Of a stretch of DNA of 64,000 nt, positions 20,167 to 29,538 are shown one piece after another. The number at the start of each line of letters is the position of its first letter. Position 1 is the stretch's first letter. Source of the DNA: a virus; the IMG/VR virus record IMGVR_UViG_3300042691_041718, positions 96,001 through 160,000 of that record. One strand, given 5' to 3'. The notes under the pieces were generated by a model. That model was not told the DNA's origin. It saw only the letters and a list, made by a program, of their open reading frames with translations, and ran no database searches. The position numbers and the translations under genes were made by a program.

Positions 20167-22125
20167 TTAGTCTAAGAAGTTTACCTCCTCAATTGTTGAG
20201 AAAACATCTTTGTTTATTTTTAAAATTCTATCGAACATTTCTTGATTTAAGATAGCATGGTGTACAACAAATATATTTATGTTATACTCGTTTGCGAACG
20301 ATTTTAAGAGTGTTAAAATAGAATCTATACCTTCGATATCAATTGAAGAGAAAACCTCGTCTAAGAACAAAATATTGATATGTCGTTTAGTTCGGATTAA
20401 CTTTAAGTAAGCAATTAAAATAGCAATGTTTACTTTTTTATTCTCACCAGTAGATAATGAATCACTTTCAATTGGTGAACCAAATTGTCTGATTTCCGCT
20501 GTAAATGTTTCATCCAACTTAACATCAAAAGCAATACCCATCTTAGTTATATTCTCATGTATAAAGTGGTTAAGTGGTTTAATAATACCAGCAATAATTG
20601 ACTTTTTAACACCATCTTCACCAAATATTCTAGATAGTTCTTTATAGTATAATTCTTTATCTTTACAAACTGTAACATTATCTTTACTAAAAGACATTTT
20701 TTCTTCTAACTCTTCAATTGATTTTTTAAACTCGTCAACATTTGGTAAGTTATCAACTTGTTCAAGTTCTTTCTTTTTAGTTAGTTGATCAATTTGAGTT
20801 TTACAGTTCTTTAAAAAGAAACTCATTTCGCTGAATGTTTCATTTGTTTTAGTTGAAATTTCTTTCAGTTTAAGTTGCTTCTCTTTTATATTTTTGATAT
20901 TCTCGTCTATTTCAGTCTTAATTTTTTCAAAACCCTCTTTTTTCTCAACAAGTGATTGTCTTAAAGAAGAGTAGTAATCAGAATTAAAATCTGTTCTACA
21001 AGTGGGACATTTACCAGAGTCATAAAGATCGATCTCTTTCTGTGTATTACGAATATCATTTTGGATATTAATGTATTGTTTTTTTTCATTTTCAATTTCA
21101 TTTGATAAAATTTCCTCTTTTTCTTTAATCTTTTCTACTTTTTCTTTAAGAGCTTTATAATCTTCCTTTTTAGAATTCATTTCTTCCATAAGACGATCAA
21201 TATCAGCTTGTAGATTTAATTTTTCTTTTTCAATTGAAAGTTTAATAGTTTTATCAATTGATCTTTGAATTGATTCAATAGACTCTTCTAAAGTATTTAT
21301 TTCAGAGTTTAAAGAAGCCATTCTTGTTTTATTTGACTTGTTTATATCTTTTAAAATACTATTTAAGATATTGATTACTTCTAAGTTAAAAAGTTTATCT
21401 AAAAGTAGTTGTTTTTCTTCATTTGAAAGAGATATAAAGTTTTTGAAGTCATTTATAGACATAGATATAAAAGATTTGAATGTTTCAATATCCATACCTA
21501 CATACTTTTCAATCTTTTCATCTATATTTGATTTACCAGCTCTTTCATTGTGAACTCCGTTTTCCCAAAGTTCCAACTTATTTGGTGAAATACCTCTTTT
21601 GATTTCAACATCAACACCGTTAGAATTGAATGAAATTCTATTTAATAATTCACCATTAATTCTATTTGGGAGAGTTGATAAAGTAGACCATTTTTTTTGA
21701 CGGCCACCTCTTACTTTACCATAAAGTGTATATTCAAAGGAAGATAGAAATGATGAATTATGACTTAATATTCCATTAGAATAGTATTCATGACCATCTA
21801 CTTCAATATCCCATAAATCTTCTCTTTTATCATCTTTTAATATTGATAAAATAGTCTGTACACCATTTTTAGTATTTATAAAATCACCTATTTTTAGATT
21901 TTTTAAGAAAATCCAATTTTCTAAATATTTAACTCTGTGATTTGGAGAACCAATCAATTCAAAATCCTTTGTTTTTATTATTATTTTTTCGGAATTAGGT
22001 GATGTTATACCAATTTCTTTTATATTTTTCCAACCATTTGGAGTATTTACTTTAACACCTTTATTGATGATAGACAGTTTATTATTTAGAATATTCAGCC
22101 TTTTTAGATCTATTTTAAATTCCAT
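20167..22125 (-). CDS. sbcC: C-terminal half of Rad50/SbcC (gp46-like), fused to a 123-aa C-intein
   Basis: Residues 1-123 contain intein blocks (GSPNH, LWDIEV, YYSNGILSHN). These are followed by S124 and the SbcC body: coiled coil, CPTC zinc hook, LSTGE signature, FLDE Walker B and VVHH H-loop. Confidence 0.9.
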   Translation of the reverse strand: MEFKIDLKRLNILNNKLSIINKGVKVNTPNGWKNIKEIGITSPNSEKIIIKTKDFELIGSPNHRVKYLENWIFLKNLKIGDFINTKNGVQTILSILKDDKREDLWDIEVDGHEYYSNGILSHNSSFLSSFEYTLYGKVRGGRQKKWSTLSTLPNRINGELLNRISFNSNGVDVEIKRGISPNKLELWENGVHNERAGKSNIDEKIEKYVGMDIETFKSFISMSINDFKNFISLSNEEKQLLLDKLFNLEVINILNSILKDINKSNKTRMASLNSEINTLEESIESIQRSIDKTIKLSIEKEKLNLQADIDRLMEEMNSKKEDYKALKEKVEKIKEKEEILSNEIENEKKQYINIQNDIRNTQKEIDLYDSGKCPTCRTDFNSDYYSSLRQSLVEKKEGFEKIKTEIDENIKNIKEKQLKLKEISTKTNETFSEMSFFLKNCKTQIDQLTKKKELEQVDNLPNVDEFKKSIEELEEKMSFSKDNVTVCKDKELYYKELSRIFGEDGVKKSIIAGIIKPLNHFIHENITKMGIAFDVKLDETFTAEIRQFGSPIESDSLSTGENKKVNIAILIAYLKLIRTKRHINILFLDEVFSSIDIEGIDSILTLLKSFANEYNINIFVVHHAILNQEMFDRILKINKDVFSTIEEVNFLD

Positions 22126-23653
22126 ATATACTTTTTATTTTATTTTCTATTTCTTCTATATTGTTTGAAAAAAAATGTTTAATATTATTATCAATACAAA
22201 ATGATTTTTTTTCATTATATTTATCATTGTGTTTTTTGATTTTATACATACCTGTATATTCTATATAAATATCATGATCAATTAAATAAAAATCACATCT
22301 TTTTTTAGAATTTGGATATAATTTTTCGTACTTATATGAAATTTCATTATATTTTAAAAATTTAGCAATCATATACTCACCGGAACTTCTACAAAGATGA
22401 TTATTATAATATCTCATGTAACCATATTTGCATTTTATACTTGGATTAACAGACATTAGATATTCAAACATTTTTTCATAAGTAGTTTTATAAAAATATG
22501 ATACTATAACTTTTTTTATTTTTAAAACAATATCAGTTATACTAAAGTTTTCCATTAAATAATCTACTAATTTAAAATAATTATCAAAAGATAATAAAAA
22601 AACAATATCTTCTTTATCTTTAAAATTATTAGATTTTATAAACTCATCTACCCATTTATCACCATACATTTTTTCATAATATGATGGAGTTCCATAAGTT
22701 TTTTCATAATTTTCCAAAAGAAATGAATACATATCTTCTTTATTCGTATTGTATATTTCATATAATACTGAATAATTAAGTCTATAACTTATTTTAGCTA
22801 AAGTTAAATTATCATTTATAAGAGTTATTATCATATCTTTATAATTCTCAAATGATAATAGATATCTAATATCTTCTTTATCTTTAAATGATGTAGTTTC
22901 TATATACTTTTCCAACCAAATATCACCATACTTATTTTTAAAATGTTCTATGGATCTAGAATCTTTATCATCGATTCCATTGTAATCGGATTCCATCAAA
23001 GATTTTCGCCATTTATTTTGGCGTTCTGACCAAATTCTTTTACCTTCATCGGATCCATATTTAGAAATACACTTTTCTAATGAAAATGTTGATTGTCTAT
23101 TAGATAATTTAATTTTAGATTCTTCTAAATTAAAACCTTTGTTTATCCAGTAATTTATATTATTACTTCTTTTTGATGATATAATTTCTCTAAACTCCAC
23201 ATCATTTTCCAATTTTGATATAAAACAACTATTACTATTTTTCTGAAACTCATTTGACTTTATTATAGAATTTTCCAATGTATATCCTCTCTCCATCCAA
23301 TATTCCTTGTTCATTTTTCGTTGAGATTTTATTTTATATTCAGAATCTTCTAAACTAAATCCCCTTTTTAACCAAAAATTTATATTCATAGGAGATGTTT
23401 CAACATTTTTAATTGTTGGTACTCTTTTTATTTTAGCGGTTTCTTCATCCCAGCCTCTACTTAACCAATATATTAGAGTTTTTTTACCAAACTTTGGCAT
23501 TCCTATTAAAGACTTCATTTTTGATATAAATGAGGTCTTCCCACATTCAAAATTAAAATCTTTAAATAGATTTAAGATCTCATTTTTTTTATCTGGGTGA
23601 AAATCAATTAGATAATTATCTAATTGATTTTTGTTTTTTAATATATTGCTCAT
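22115..23653 (-). mobile_element. Free-standing putative homing endonuclease (PD-(D/E)xK or Vsr-like C-terminal domain) between the split-intein halves
   Basis: C-terminal RSSGEYMIAKFL...YEKLY...RCDFYL...IYIEYTG; four YW-x-x-(R/K)G repeats; overlaps both flanking ORFs in a different frame. Confidence 0.75.
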
Positions 23654-23915
23654 ATAAAGAATAATTATTTTCTTTTATATATTCAATATATTCCTTTCCC
23701 CCATCCATTATTTCCAAAAAAGTACAAAAATCATCTATATTCAAATTATCTATTGAAAATTTTATCTCAATCTCAGTTTTATCAACAACAGATTTTCCAT
23801 TTCCGTTGTTTCCAACTAGTAAGATAAGTTCTCCTTTTTCTGTATTTAATTTTACGACTTGTTCATTATTTCCGAATGATTTAAAACCTCTAATTCCAAT
23901 TTCGCTAATCAGCAT
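23616..23915 (-). CDS. sbcC: N-terminal 41 aa of Rad50/SbcC fused to a 58-aa N-intein
   Basis: MLISEIGIRGFKSFG (SMC/Rad50 N-terminus) and LLVGNNGNGK Walker A, then the intein block A-like SVVDKTEIEI starting at 23792. Confidence 0.88.
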   Translation of the reverse strand: MLISEIGIRGFKSFGNNEQVVKLNTEKGELILLVGNNGNGKSVVDKTEIEIKFSIDNLNIDDFCTFLEIMDGGKEYIEYIKENNYSLYEQYIKKQKSIR

Positions 23916-23947
23916 AATATAAAAATAATTTTTAAATTATACTAATT

Positions 23948-24322
23948 TTATTGAAATAAGTTTGAGTTAGTTGCTGTTATTATTTCCTCCGGTTTTACTT
24001 CATCTAAAACAATTTTACCTAAGTCTTCTTCGTAATATGAAACATATTTTTCAAAGTCAACTTCATCCAATCTTTTAGATATTTCTTCATATGGAATTAA
24101 TTTTTTTAAAATACTTTCTAATAAGTCTTTATATCCATCCCATAATTCTATATTCATGCCAATTACATCTTCAACTGTTTCATCAGTCGTTAAGACAATA
24201 TTTTTATCTGAATAAAAAATGGTACCTTCGTAAAATTTATTATCTATATTTAGACTAATTAATACCAAGACACCATTTTCATATTTACCCATATAATCTA
24301 CTATATCGGCTTTAATCTCCAT
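23948..24322 (-). CDS. Hypothetical acidic protein
   Basis: ORF in the operon. Confidence 0.6.
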   Translation of the reverse strand: MEIKADIVDYMGKYENGVLVLISLNIDNKFYEGTIFYSDKNIVLTTDETVEDVIGMNIELWDGYKDLLESILKKLIPYEEISKRLDEVDFEKYVSYYEEDLGKIVLDEVKPEEIITATNSNLFQ

Positions 24323-24548
24323 TTAAAATATCATTTATTTTTTCATCTCTTTTAATCTGATCATTATTTAATAAATAACCAGAATTAATTAAAGTCCACT
24401 TAATGGACTCAGCCATTTCATTTCTACCATCACCATAAGCATATAACATATCTTTATAGTAGGTGTGAATTGCCTGTCTTTCTTCTTTATCTTCTAATTT
24501 GTGTATTTTATTTAAATCTAAAAAATATTTTCCAATTTTATCATTCAT
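24312..24548 (-). CDS. Hypothetical protein
   Basis: ORF ending in RDEKINDIL. Confidence 0.6.
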   Translation of the reverse strand: MNDKIGKYFLDLNKIHKLEDKEERQAIHTYYKDMLYAYGDGRNEMAESIKWTLINSGYLLNNDQIKRDEKINDILNGD

Positions 24549-24556
24549 TATAATTA

Positions 24557-24829
24557 TTACAATTTTTCATCAATAATAAATTCAATCTTTTTAAATCTAT
24601 TATCTAAGTCTGTGAAGATAATTGATATTTTATCAACATCTTTAAACTCTCTCGCTTCACCAGTAAATTCGTTTACCATTACATCTTTTTTGTAAACTAC
24701 ATCAATACCTGGCTCTTCACCTAAAAATCTTCTCATATCTTCCTTGATTTGAGATAATTTCCAATCATCTACTTTAAAATTTATTTTAGAAATATAATCT
24801 CTAATTGCGATTTCTTTCATTGAGTTCAT
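24557..24829 (-). CDS. Hypothetical protein
   Basis: ORF in the operon. Confidence 0.6.
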   Translation of the reverse strand: MNSMKEIAIRDYISKINFKVDDWKLSQIKEDMRRFLGEEPGIDVVYKKDVMVNEFTGEAREFKDVDKISIIFTDLDNRFKKIEFIIDEKL

Positions 24830-24845
24830 ACAAATTATTTATTTT

Positions 24846-25181
24846 TTAAAATCTACCACCTCTATCTATGAAGTAAGTATTATTTTTTTCGATAATCTCT
24901 AAATTATTATGTACTATTTGACAATAAGTTTCAAAATTATCAATATCTTCTTTTTCTAAATCAAACCACTCCCCACTTACTTTACAAGCTTTAAACTTCT
25001 TATGAAGATGTGCTTCTATTTTAGTCCCCCACTTTGAATGAAATGACTTTTCTATTTTTAGGTCAGAAGCATTACCAGTTTTGAATTCTTTCATTCTTTC
25101 ATTTATACTTCTTTTTGTGTAACCTATTTTATAAAGTTTTTTACCTCCAAATTCTGATGAGATTAAATATACATTTATCAT
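24846..25181 (-). CDS. GIY-YIG superfamily protein (T5orf172-like)
   Basis: VYLI...YKIGYTKR..ERMKEFKTGN...IEAHLH...GEWF. Confidence 0.85.
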   Translation of the reverse strand: MINVYLISSEFGGKKLYKIGYTKRSINERMKEFKTGNASDLKIEKSFHSKWGTKIEAHLHKKFKACKVSGEWFDLEKEDIDNFETYCQIVHNNLEIIEKNNTYFIDRGGRF

Positions 25182-25214
25182 AATGTATATATAATCACCT
25201 CATGTCTCTATTTT

Positions 25215-25478
25215 TTATTTTTTAAATATATCTTCTTTATAAGAAGAGATTAGTTTACTTATCTCTTTTTGAGCCTTATTTTTATCTAACTCACCTATTG
25301 GAATATAAAAAGTCTTACGATATGGAATCGGATATGTCGGTGATTTCTTACCATACAATTTAGCAATTTTATTTCTTCTTTCGAATGTTTGTAACATACC
25401 AGTTATATCCTCCCATACATTTTTCTTCTTTTTCTTAACAAAGAGACTTTTTACAAACTCCACTATTTTATTTATCAT
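25215..25478 (-). CDS. Hypothetical protein
   Basis: ORF in the operon. Confidence 0.55.
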   Translation of the reverse strand: MINKIVEFVKSLFVKKKKKNVWEDITGMLQTFERRNKIAKLYGKKSPTYPIPYRKTFYIPIGELDKNKAQKEISKLISSYKEDIFKK

Positions 25479-25713
25479 AAATTTTTTTAATTTTTACTCT
25501 TCTTTTATCATGTCTTGGGTTGTATGGAAACCAATAGTTATTGAAAGATATAAAATGACCTGATAAGTCAACCTCTCCAGTTTTTTCATCAATCTTTATA
25601 GAAAATTTTTTATAATTACTTTTTCTTCTTACCAAGTGTTTTAACACTTCTTTTAACTTCTTCATCATCAGTATCGTCTCCGTATTTAAAATCCAAGTGA
25701 AATAGAGTACCAA
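25468..25713 (-). CDS. Hypothetical protein; the true start is probably downstream of the track start
   Basis: Overlaps 25616..26008 by about 100 nt; the C-terminal half looks coding and ends in RRVKIKKIY. Confidence 0.45.
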   Translation of the reverse strand: MVLYFTWILNTETILMMKKLKEVLKHLVRRKSNYKKFSIKIDEKTGEVDLSGHFISFNNYWFPYNPRHDKRRVKIKKIYDK

Positions 25714-26008
25714 CCGGTCCTTTATAATCAGGGTGTTCAGTAATATCCATTTCTTTATATTCCTTATCTTCGATTAAAGATTCTATTATTCTATCACGAT
25801 TTTCAGCTTTAACTTCATTTTTAATTCTTTCCATTTCTTCTTCTGAAGTTCCACCTGGTGATGTTGTATTTTCTTCAATTTTTGTATTTGAATGTAGTTC
25901 AGCATATTCAGCCATCCAATCGGCTTTTGATCCAGTGACACCAATATTATTTAAAATAGGTGCCCATTTTTTCATTAATTCTTCTTTATTTGGTTTTTCC
26001 ATAAACAA
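25616..26008 (-). CDS. Hypothetical protein
   Basis: ORF in the operon. Confidence 0.6.
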   Translation of the reverse strand: MFMEKPNKEELMKKWAPILNNIGVTGSKADWMAEYAELHSNTKIEENTTSPGGTSEEEMERIKNEVKAENRDRIIESLIEDKEYKEMDITEHPDYKGPVGTLFHLDFKYGDDTDDEEVKRSVKTLGKKKK

Positions 26009-26047
26009 AAAAACTTTTCTTTTTATAGAAAAGTTTTAGTTAAATGT

Positions 26048-26329
26048 TTATAAGTTATATTCATGTGTTAGTATATCAATAACTTTATCTTCATCTTTAA
26101 TATCTCTTTGAAATTCCTCCTCAAACCAAACAATCATATCAATCAAGTCTGATTTATCATTTACCTCTCCTTTTGGATATTTTTCCTTAATTTTAGTAAT
26201 AATGAAATCAATATCATCTTCTACGTTTCTATAAGCAGGAATACCAGTTTCTTCTCTTTCTTCTTTTGACATATCTTCCCAATCTTTATTATAGTCAAAA
26301 CCTTCTTTAAATTTTTTTAAATATTTCAT
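26048..26329 (-). CDS. Hypothetical acidic protein with a capsid-targeting-like N-terminus (MKYLKKFKE)
   Basis: Recurrent N-terminal motif. Confidence 0.6.
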   Translation of the reverse strand: MKYLKKFKEGFDYNKDWEDMSKEEREETGIPAYRNVEDDIDFIITKIKEKYPKGEVNDKSDLIDMIVWFEEEFQRDIKDEDKVIDILTHEYNL

Positions 26330-26333
26330 AATT

Positions 26334-27332
26334 TTATTTTAATTTTAAGTTGAAATAAACCCAAGAATTGTTTGGTTTAACATTATATTGTACTTTATCA
26401 GACCATTTTTTATTTATAATCCAGTTATTAAAGTTTTGTTTTATATTTTCATATTCTCCTAAGTCTAATTGACCATTATCCCAAGTACCAATGTTATAAT
26501 AACCAATAGATATTACTCTATCACTTACACACACTTTTGATTTCTTATCAAAGAAACCTGGATTGAAACTAGTTAAATCTTTTTTAATTTTACTAATTAA
26601 CATCAATTCATTAAAATTAAAGTTTACTAAGCTCTTTTTAAGATTATAAGCTGATTTAAGATCTAAACCAAGAATCCATTTTATAACACTTGTTGATAAT
26701 TTAAATTGTCCTATTGGTTGATTAACAATACCATATTCAAACAAACCATTATCTTTAATACCATAATAAAGTTCAATCTCATTTCTATCATATGGTACAT
26801 CATTTACATATCTTTTAAGTGATGAAAATCTATTAAATATAGATTTAACATCATCTGAATTTAATTCGAATAAAAAATAAAAAAGATAGTCATCTGGTAA
26901 TTTTTCATTATTTGGTAAGACATCTTTTTGACCAAGTGCTGTTAAACACTTTAAAAATGATGTGAAAATGTTTTTACCAGCCATAGTAATTTCTGATTCA
27001 GTTAGGGGTTCTAAATCAGTTGAAAATTCTACATTAGTTTCTTTCTCCTGTATACCATTATCAATAAAATCTTTTATTAATGATTCTATTTCATTTTTAG
27101 TATTATCATCTAATATGTTAATCGCATTTGATAATCTAATATCAGAAGGTATATCACTCAAATCATCTTCTCTACTAATATTAAATTCTCTATTTACTAT
27201 ATTTTTGATATATTCTAAATCATCACCTTCTAAAGTTGAATATAAATACTCAACCCATTCACCTAATGAGTTAAAATCTTCTCTATTTTTACTAAAAGAC
27301 TCATTAATGAATTCTAAATATTTCTTAATCAT
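26334..27332 (-). CDS. Hypothetical protein with a capsid-targeting-like N-terminus (MIKKYLEFINE)
   Basis: N-terminus resembles the T4 CTS MKTYQEFIAE; TAATATATAA lies upstream at 27336-27345. Confidence 0.6.
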   Translation of the reverse strand: MIKKYLEFINESFSKNREDFNSLGEWVEYLYSTLEGDDLEYIKNIVNREFNISREDDLSDIPSDIRLSNAINILDDNTKNEIESLIKDFIDNGIQEKETNVEFSTDLEPLTESEITMAGKNIFTSFLKCLTALGQKDVLPNNEKLPDDYLFYFLFELNSDDVKSIFNRFSSLKRYVNDVPYDRNEIELYYGIKDNGLFEYGIVNQPIGQFKLSTSVIKWILGLDLKSAYNLKKSLVNFNFNELMLISKIKKDLTSFNPGFFDKKSKVCVSDRVISIGYYNIGTWDNGQLDLGEYENIKQNFNNWIINKKWSDKVQYNVKPNNSWVYFNLKLK

Positions 27333-27383
27333 ATATTATATATTAAAATTAAAAATTCACTTTATAAAATATATATATAGAAT

Positions 27384-27941
27384 ATGAGTGATAAGTTATT
27401 TGAATTAGAAATAAGAAAAATTATACAAGAGTATAAATTATTGGAGATTGAAGAAGAATGGAAAAATGAGCTAATAAATTCAAATAAGGAAACATTTCTA
27501 AAAGAAATTTATCACAAAAGGGGATTTGATAATGAGGTATCAAATCCAAAAGAGACATCAGTTGATAAAGGTGTTGTTGTGGATAAAAGAAGGGATCACA
27601 TTTCCGATAATATTAAGAAGTTATTTCGTGAGATAGTTAAATTAACACACCCCGATAAAACTTTTAATAAGAAAAATCGTCTTGAATTAAATGATCTTTA
27701 TATAAAGGCTAAAATAGCATCAGAAGAATCAAATATTTATGATTTATTAGTTATCTGTGATAAGTTATCTATAAAATGGTCAATTGATTTATATGAGAAA
27801 AAAATATTAGAAGATAATTTAGAGGTTAAGAGAAATAAAATAAAATCTATAGAGAGTTCTTATATCTGGTTATGGATTAATGCTGAAACTATAGAAGAAA
27901 AATATAAAATAGTAAATCTATTTATTGAAAAAAATAGCTAA
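27384..27941 (+). CDS. J-domain-containing protein
   Basis: IKKLFREIVKLTHPDK, the HPD motif in helix-loop context. Confidence 0.7.
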   Translation: MSDKLFELEIRKIIQEYKLLEIEEEWKNELINSNKETFLKEIYHKRGFDNEVSNPKETSVDKGVVVDKRRDHISDNIKKLFREIVKLTHPDKTFNKKNRLELNDLYIKAKIASEESNIYDLLVICDKLSIKWSIDLYEKKILEDNLEVKRNKIKSIESSYIWLWINAETIEEKYKIVNLFIEKNS

Positions 27942-27946
27942 ATATT

Positions 27947-29227
27947 ATGGAGAGATTAAAAATTGGAATTACAATTGGATTGAGAGAAAATACAGAATCC
28001 ATTTGGAGTAATGGTATGAAACAAAATGTATTAGTTTTATATAGACTTTTAAAAAATTCTAAAAAAAACTATGATATATACTTATTGAATACTGTTAATA
28101 TTAATGATTGGACTGAAGAAAATTCAACAGATTTTGCCAAGGGTTCTTGTTTAAGAGTTGATAATGGTAATGGGGAAATTCTAATTCCCAAATATTTACA
28201 AGATATAAAGTTTCATAACTTTATTGATAAATATTTAGATATGGATATGTTGATTGTTATGGGTGCTCAAATATCAAATGCTGAAATAAAAAAATTTAAA
28301 CAGAATCCAAATAAAAAAGTTATTTCATATAAATGTGGTAACAACTATGTTATTACTATGGAAAATATTCTATTTAAAGAAGATGATCCCGGTAAATTAC
28401 ACCAATATGAAGATTCATATGATGAAGTTTGGTATATACCACAACAAGATGAAGTGAATCGAGGATACTATCATACATTGTATAGAACAAATTCATTAAT
28501 TGTTCCATTTGTTTGGCATAATCAATATCTATTAGAAGCTCTAACTGACATTGAAAGAGGATTTCAAAGAGGTCAATTCAAAAAAGATTATCGTTATCAA
28601 ATTGGTAAGGAAAAAAAGAGAATTGGTGTAATGGAACCAAATATAAATATTGTAAAATTTGCACTTATACCAACAATGATTACTGAAGAATCTTATAGAG
28701 GTGATATTGGTAGAAAACATATTGAAAAATTAATGTTGACAAACTCAGAGAAAATCAGCAAAAACAAAGAGTTTATGGGTATGATTTCAACTTTCGATTT
28801 ATATAAGGATGATAAAATCACAGCTGAGAGTAGATATCAAACAGCATTTATACTTTCACAATATATGGATATATTAGTTTGTCACCAAATACTAAATCCT
28901 CTGAATTATATTTACTTAGATGCAGCTTATATGGGTTATCCTGTTTTACATAATGCTCCTATGTGTAAGGATTTAGGTTATTATTATGAGGGATCCGATA
29001 CCGTTGAGGGTGCTAGACAATTAGATTATATCTTAACCGAACACGATAAAAATATTGATTCTTATAATGAAAGAAATGATAAGGTTTTAATGAGATATTA
29101 TGCTGATAATCCAAGACTTGTTAAAACATATGACATGCTTATCGAAAATTTATTCAATGGTGGTAATTATGGTTTAGAATATAACCCAAAAACAAATCTA
29201 TATAAAAATAAAAAAGCCACTAAATAG
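27947..29227 (+). CDS. DUF2827-like protein, probable GT-B glycosyltransferase fold
   Basis: KIGITI...SIWSNGMKQN, YKCGN, EPNIN..K, HQ..NPLNY.Y.D...GYP.LHN, LGYYY. Family recalled from memory. Confidence 0.7.
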   Translation: MERLKIGITIGLRENTESIWSNGMKQNVLVLYRLLKNSKKNYDIYLLNTVNINDWTEENSTDFAKGSCLRVDNGNGEILIPKYLQDIKFHNFIDKYLDMDMLIVMGAQISNAEIKKFKQNPNKKVISYKCGNNYVITMENILFKEDDPGKLHQYEDSYDEVWYIPQQDEVNRGYYHTLYRTNSLIVPFVWHNQYLLEALTDIERGFQRGQFKKDYRYQIGKEKKRIGVMEPNINIVKFALIPTMITEESYRGDIGRKHIEKLMLTNSEKISKNKEFMGMISTFDLYKDDKITAESRYQTAFILSQYMDILVCHQILNPLNYIYLDAAYMGYPVLHNAPMCKDLGYYYEGSDTVEGARQLDYILTEHDKNIDSYNERNDKVLMRYYADNPRLVKTYDMLIENLFNGGNYGLEYNPKTNLYKNKKATK

Positions 29228-29240
29228 TGGCTTTTTTATT
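29209..29240. terminator. Bidirectional intrinsic terminator
   Basis: A-tract, gccact-aaat-agtggc, T-tract, between convergent genes. Confidence 0.8.
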
Positions 29241-29250
29241 TTAAGTTTAA

Positions 29251-29481
29251 TTAAAGTTGTAATATAGATTGAAAAAGAGAATCTGCAAATTCTCGTTCAA
29301 AAAATACATCACAAGCCTCTCTTCCATCATGCATGATTAAAGCTATTTGATATTGTTCTTCGTCTTTCATTTTAACTAGAGTAAGTACATCACCTTCATT
29401 TGATTCTGCAACTCTTAATAAATCAACGTCTTCTTCTGAGTCATATCCTGAAAAGACTTCTATAAATTTTAAGTTTTCCAT
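29251..29481 (-). CDS. Hypothetical protein
   Basis: Small acidic ORF downstream of the array. Confidence 0.55.
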   Translation of the reverse strand: MENLKFIEVFSGYDSEEDVDLLRVAESNEGDVLTLVKMKDEEQYQIALIMHDGREACDVFFEREFADSLFQSILQL

Positions 29482-29498
29482 ATTTTAATTTGTGTTTA

Positions 29499-29538
29499 AA
29501 AGACTCGCCTTTTTGACGAGTCTTTATTTATATATTAA
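29499..29538 (-). promoter_or_regulatory. Junction element: TATATAAATA followed by a hairpin
   Basis: Minus strand reads TAATATATAAAT-AAAGACTCGTC-AAAAA-GGCGAGTCTTT; the G-U pair supports minus-strand RNA folding. Confidence 0.75.

Noticed and set aside
22126-22139. Identical 14-mer atatactttttatt upstream of IntC-sbcC and of the Seg endonuclease (56830-56843)
   Set aside because: Many 14-mer matches are expected by chance at this AT content.
22115-23653. Group I intron or programmed frameshift explaining the interrupted sbcC
   Set aside because: No non-coding sequence is available for an intron core because the ORFs overlap. Read-through would need two successive +1 shifts, and the AAAAAAC run is not in a productive -1 context. 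Intein motifs explain the layout.
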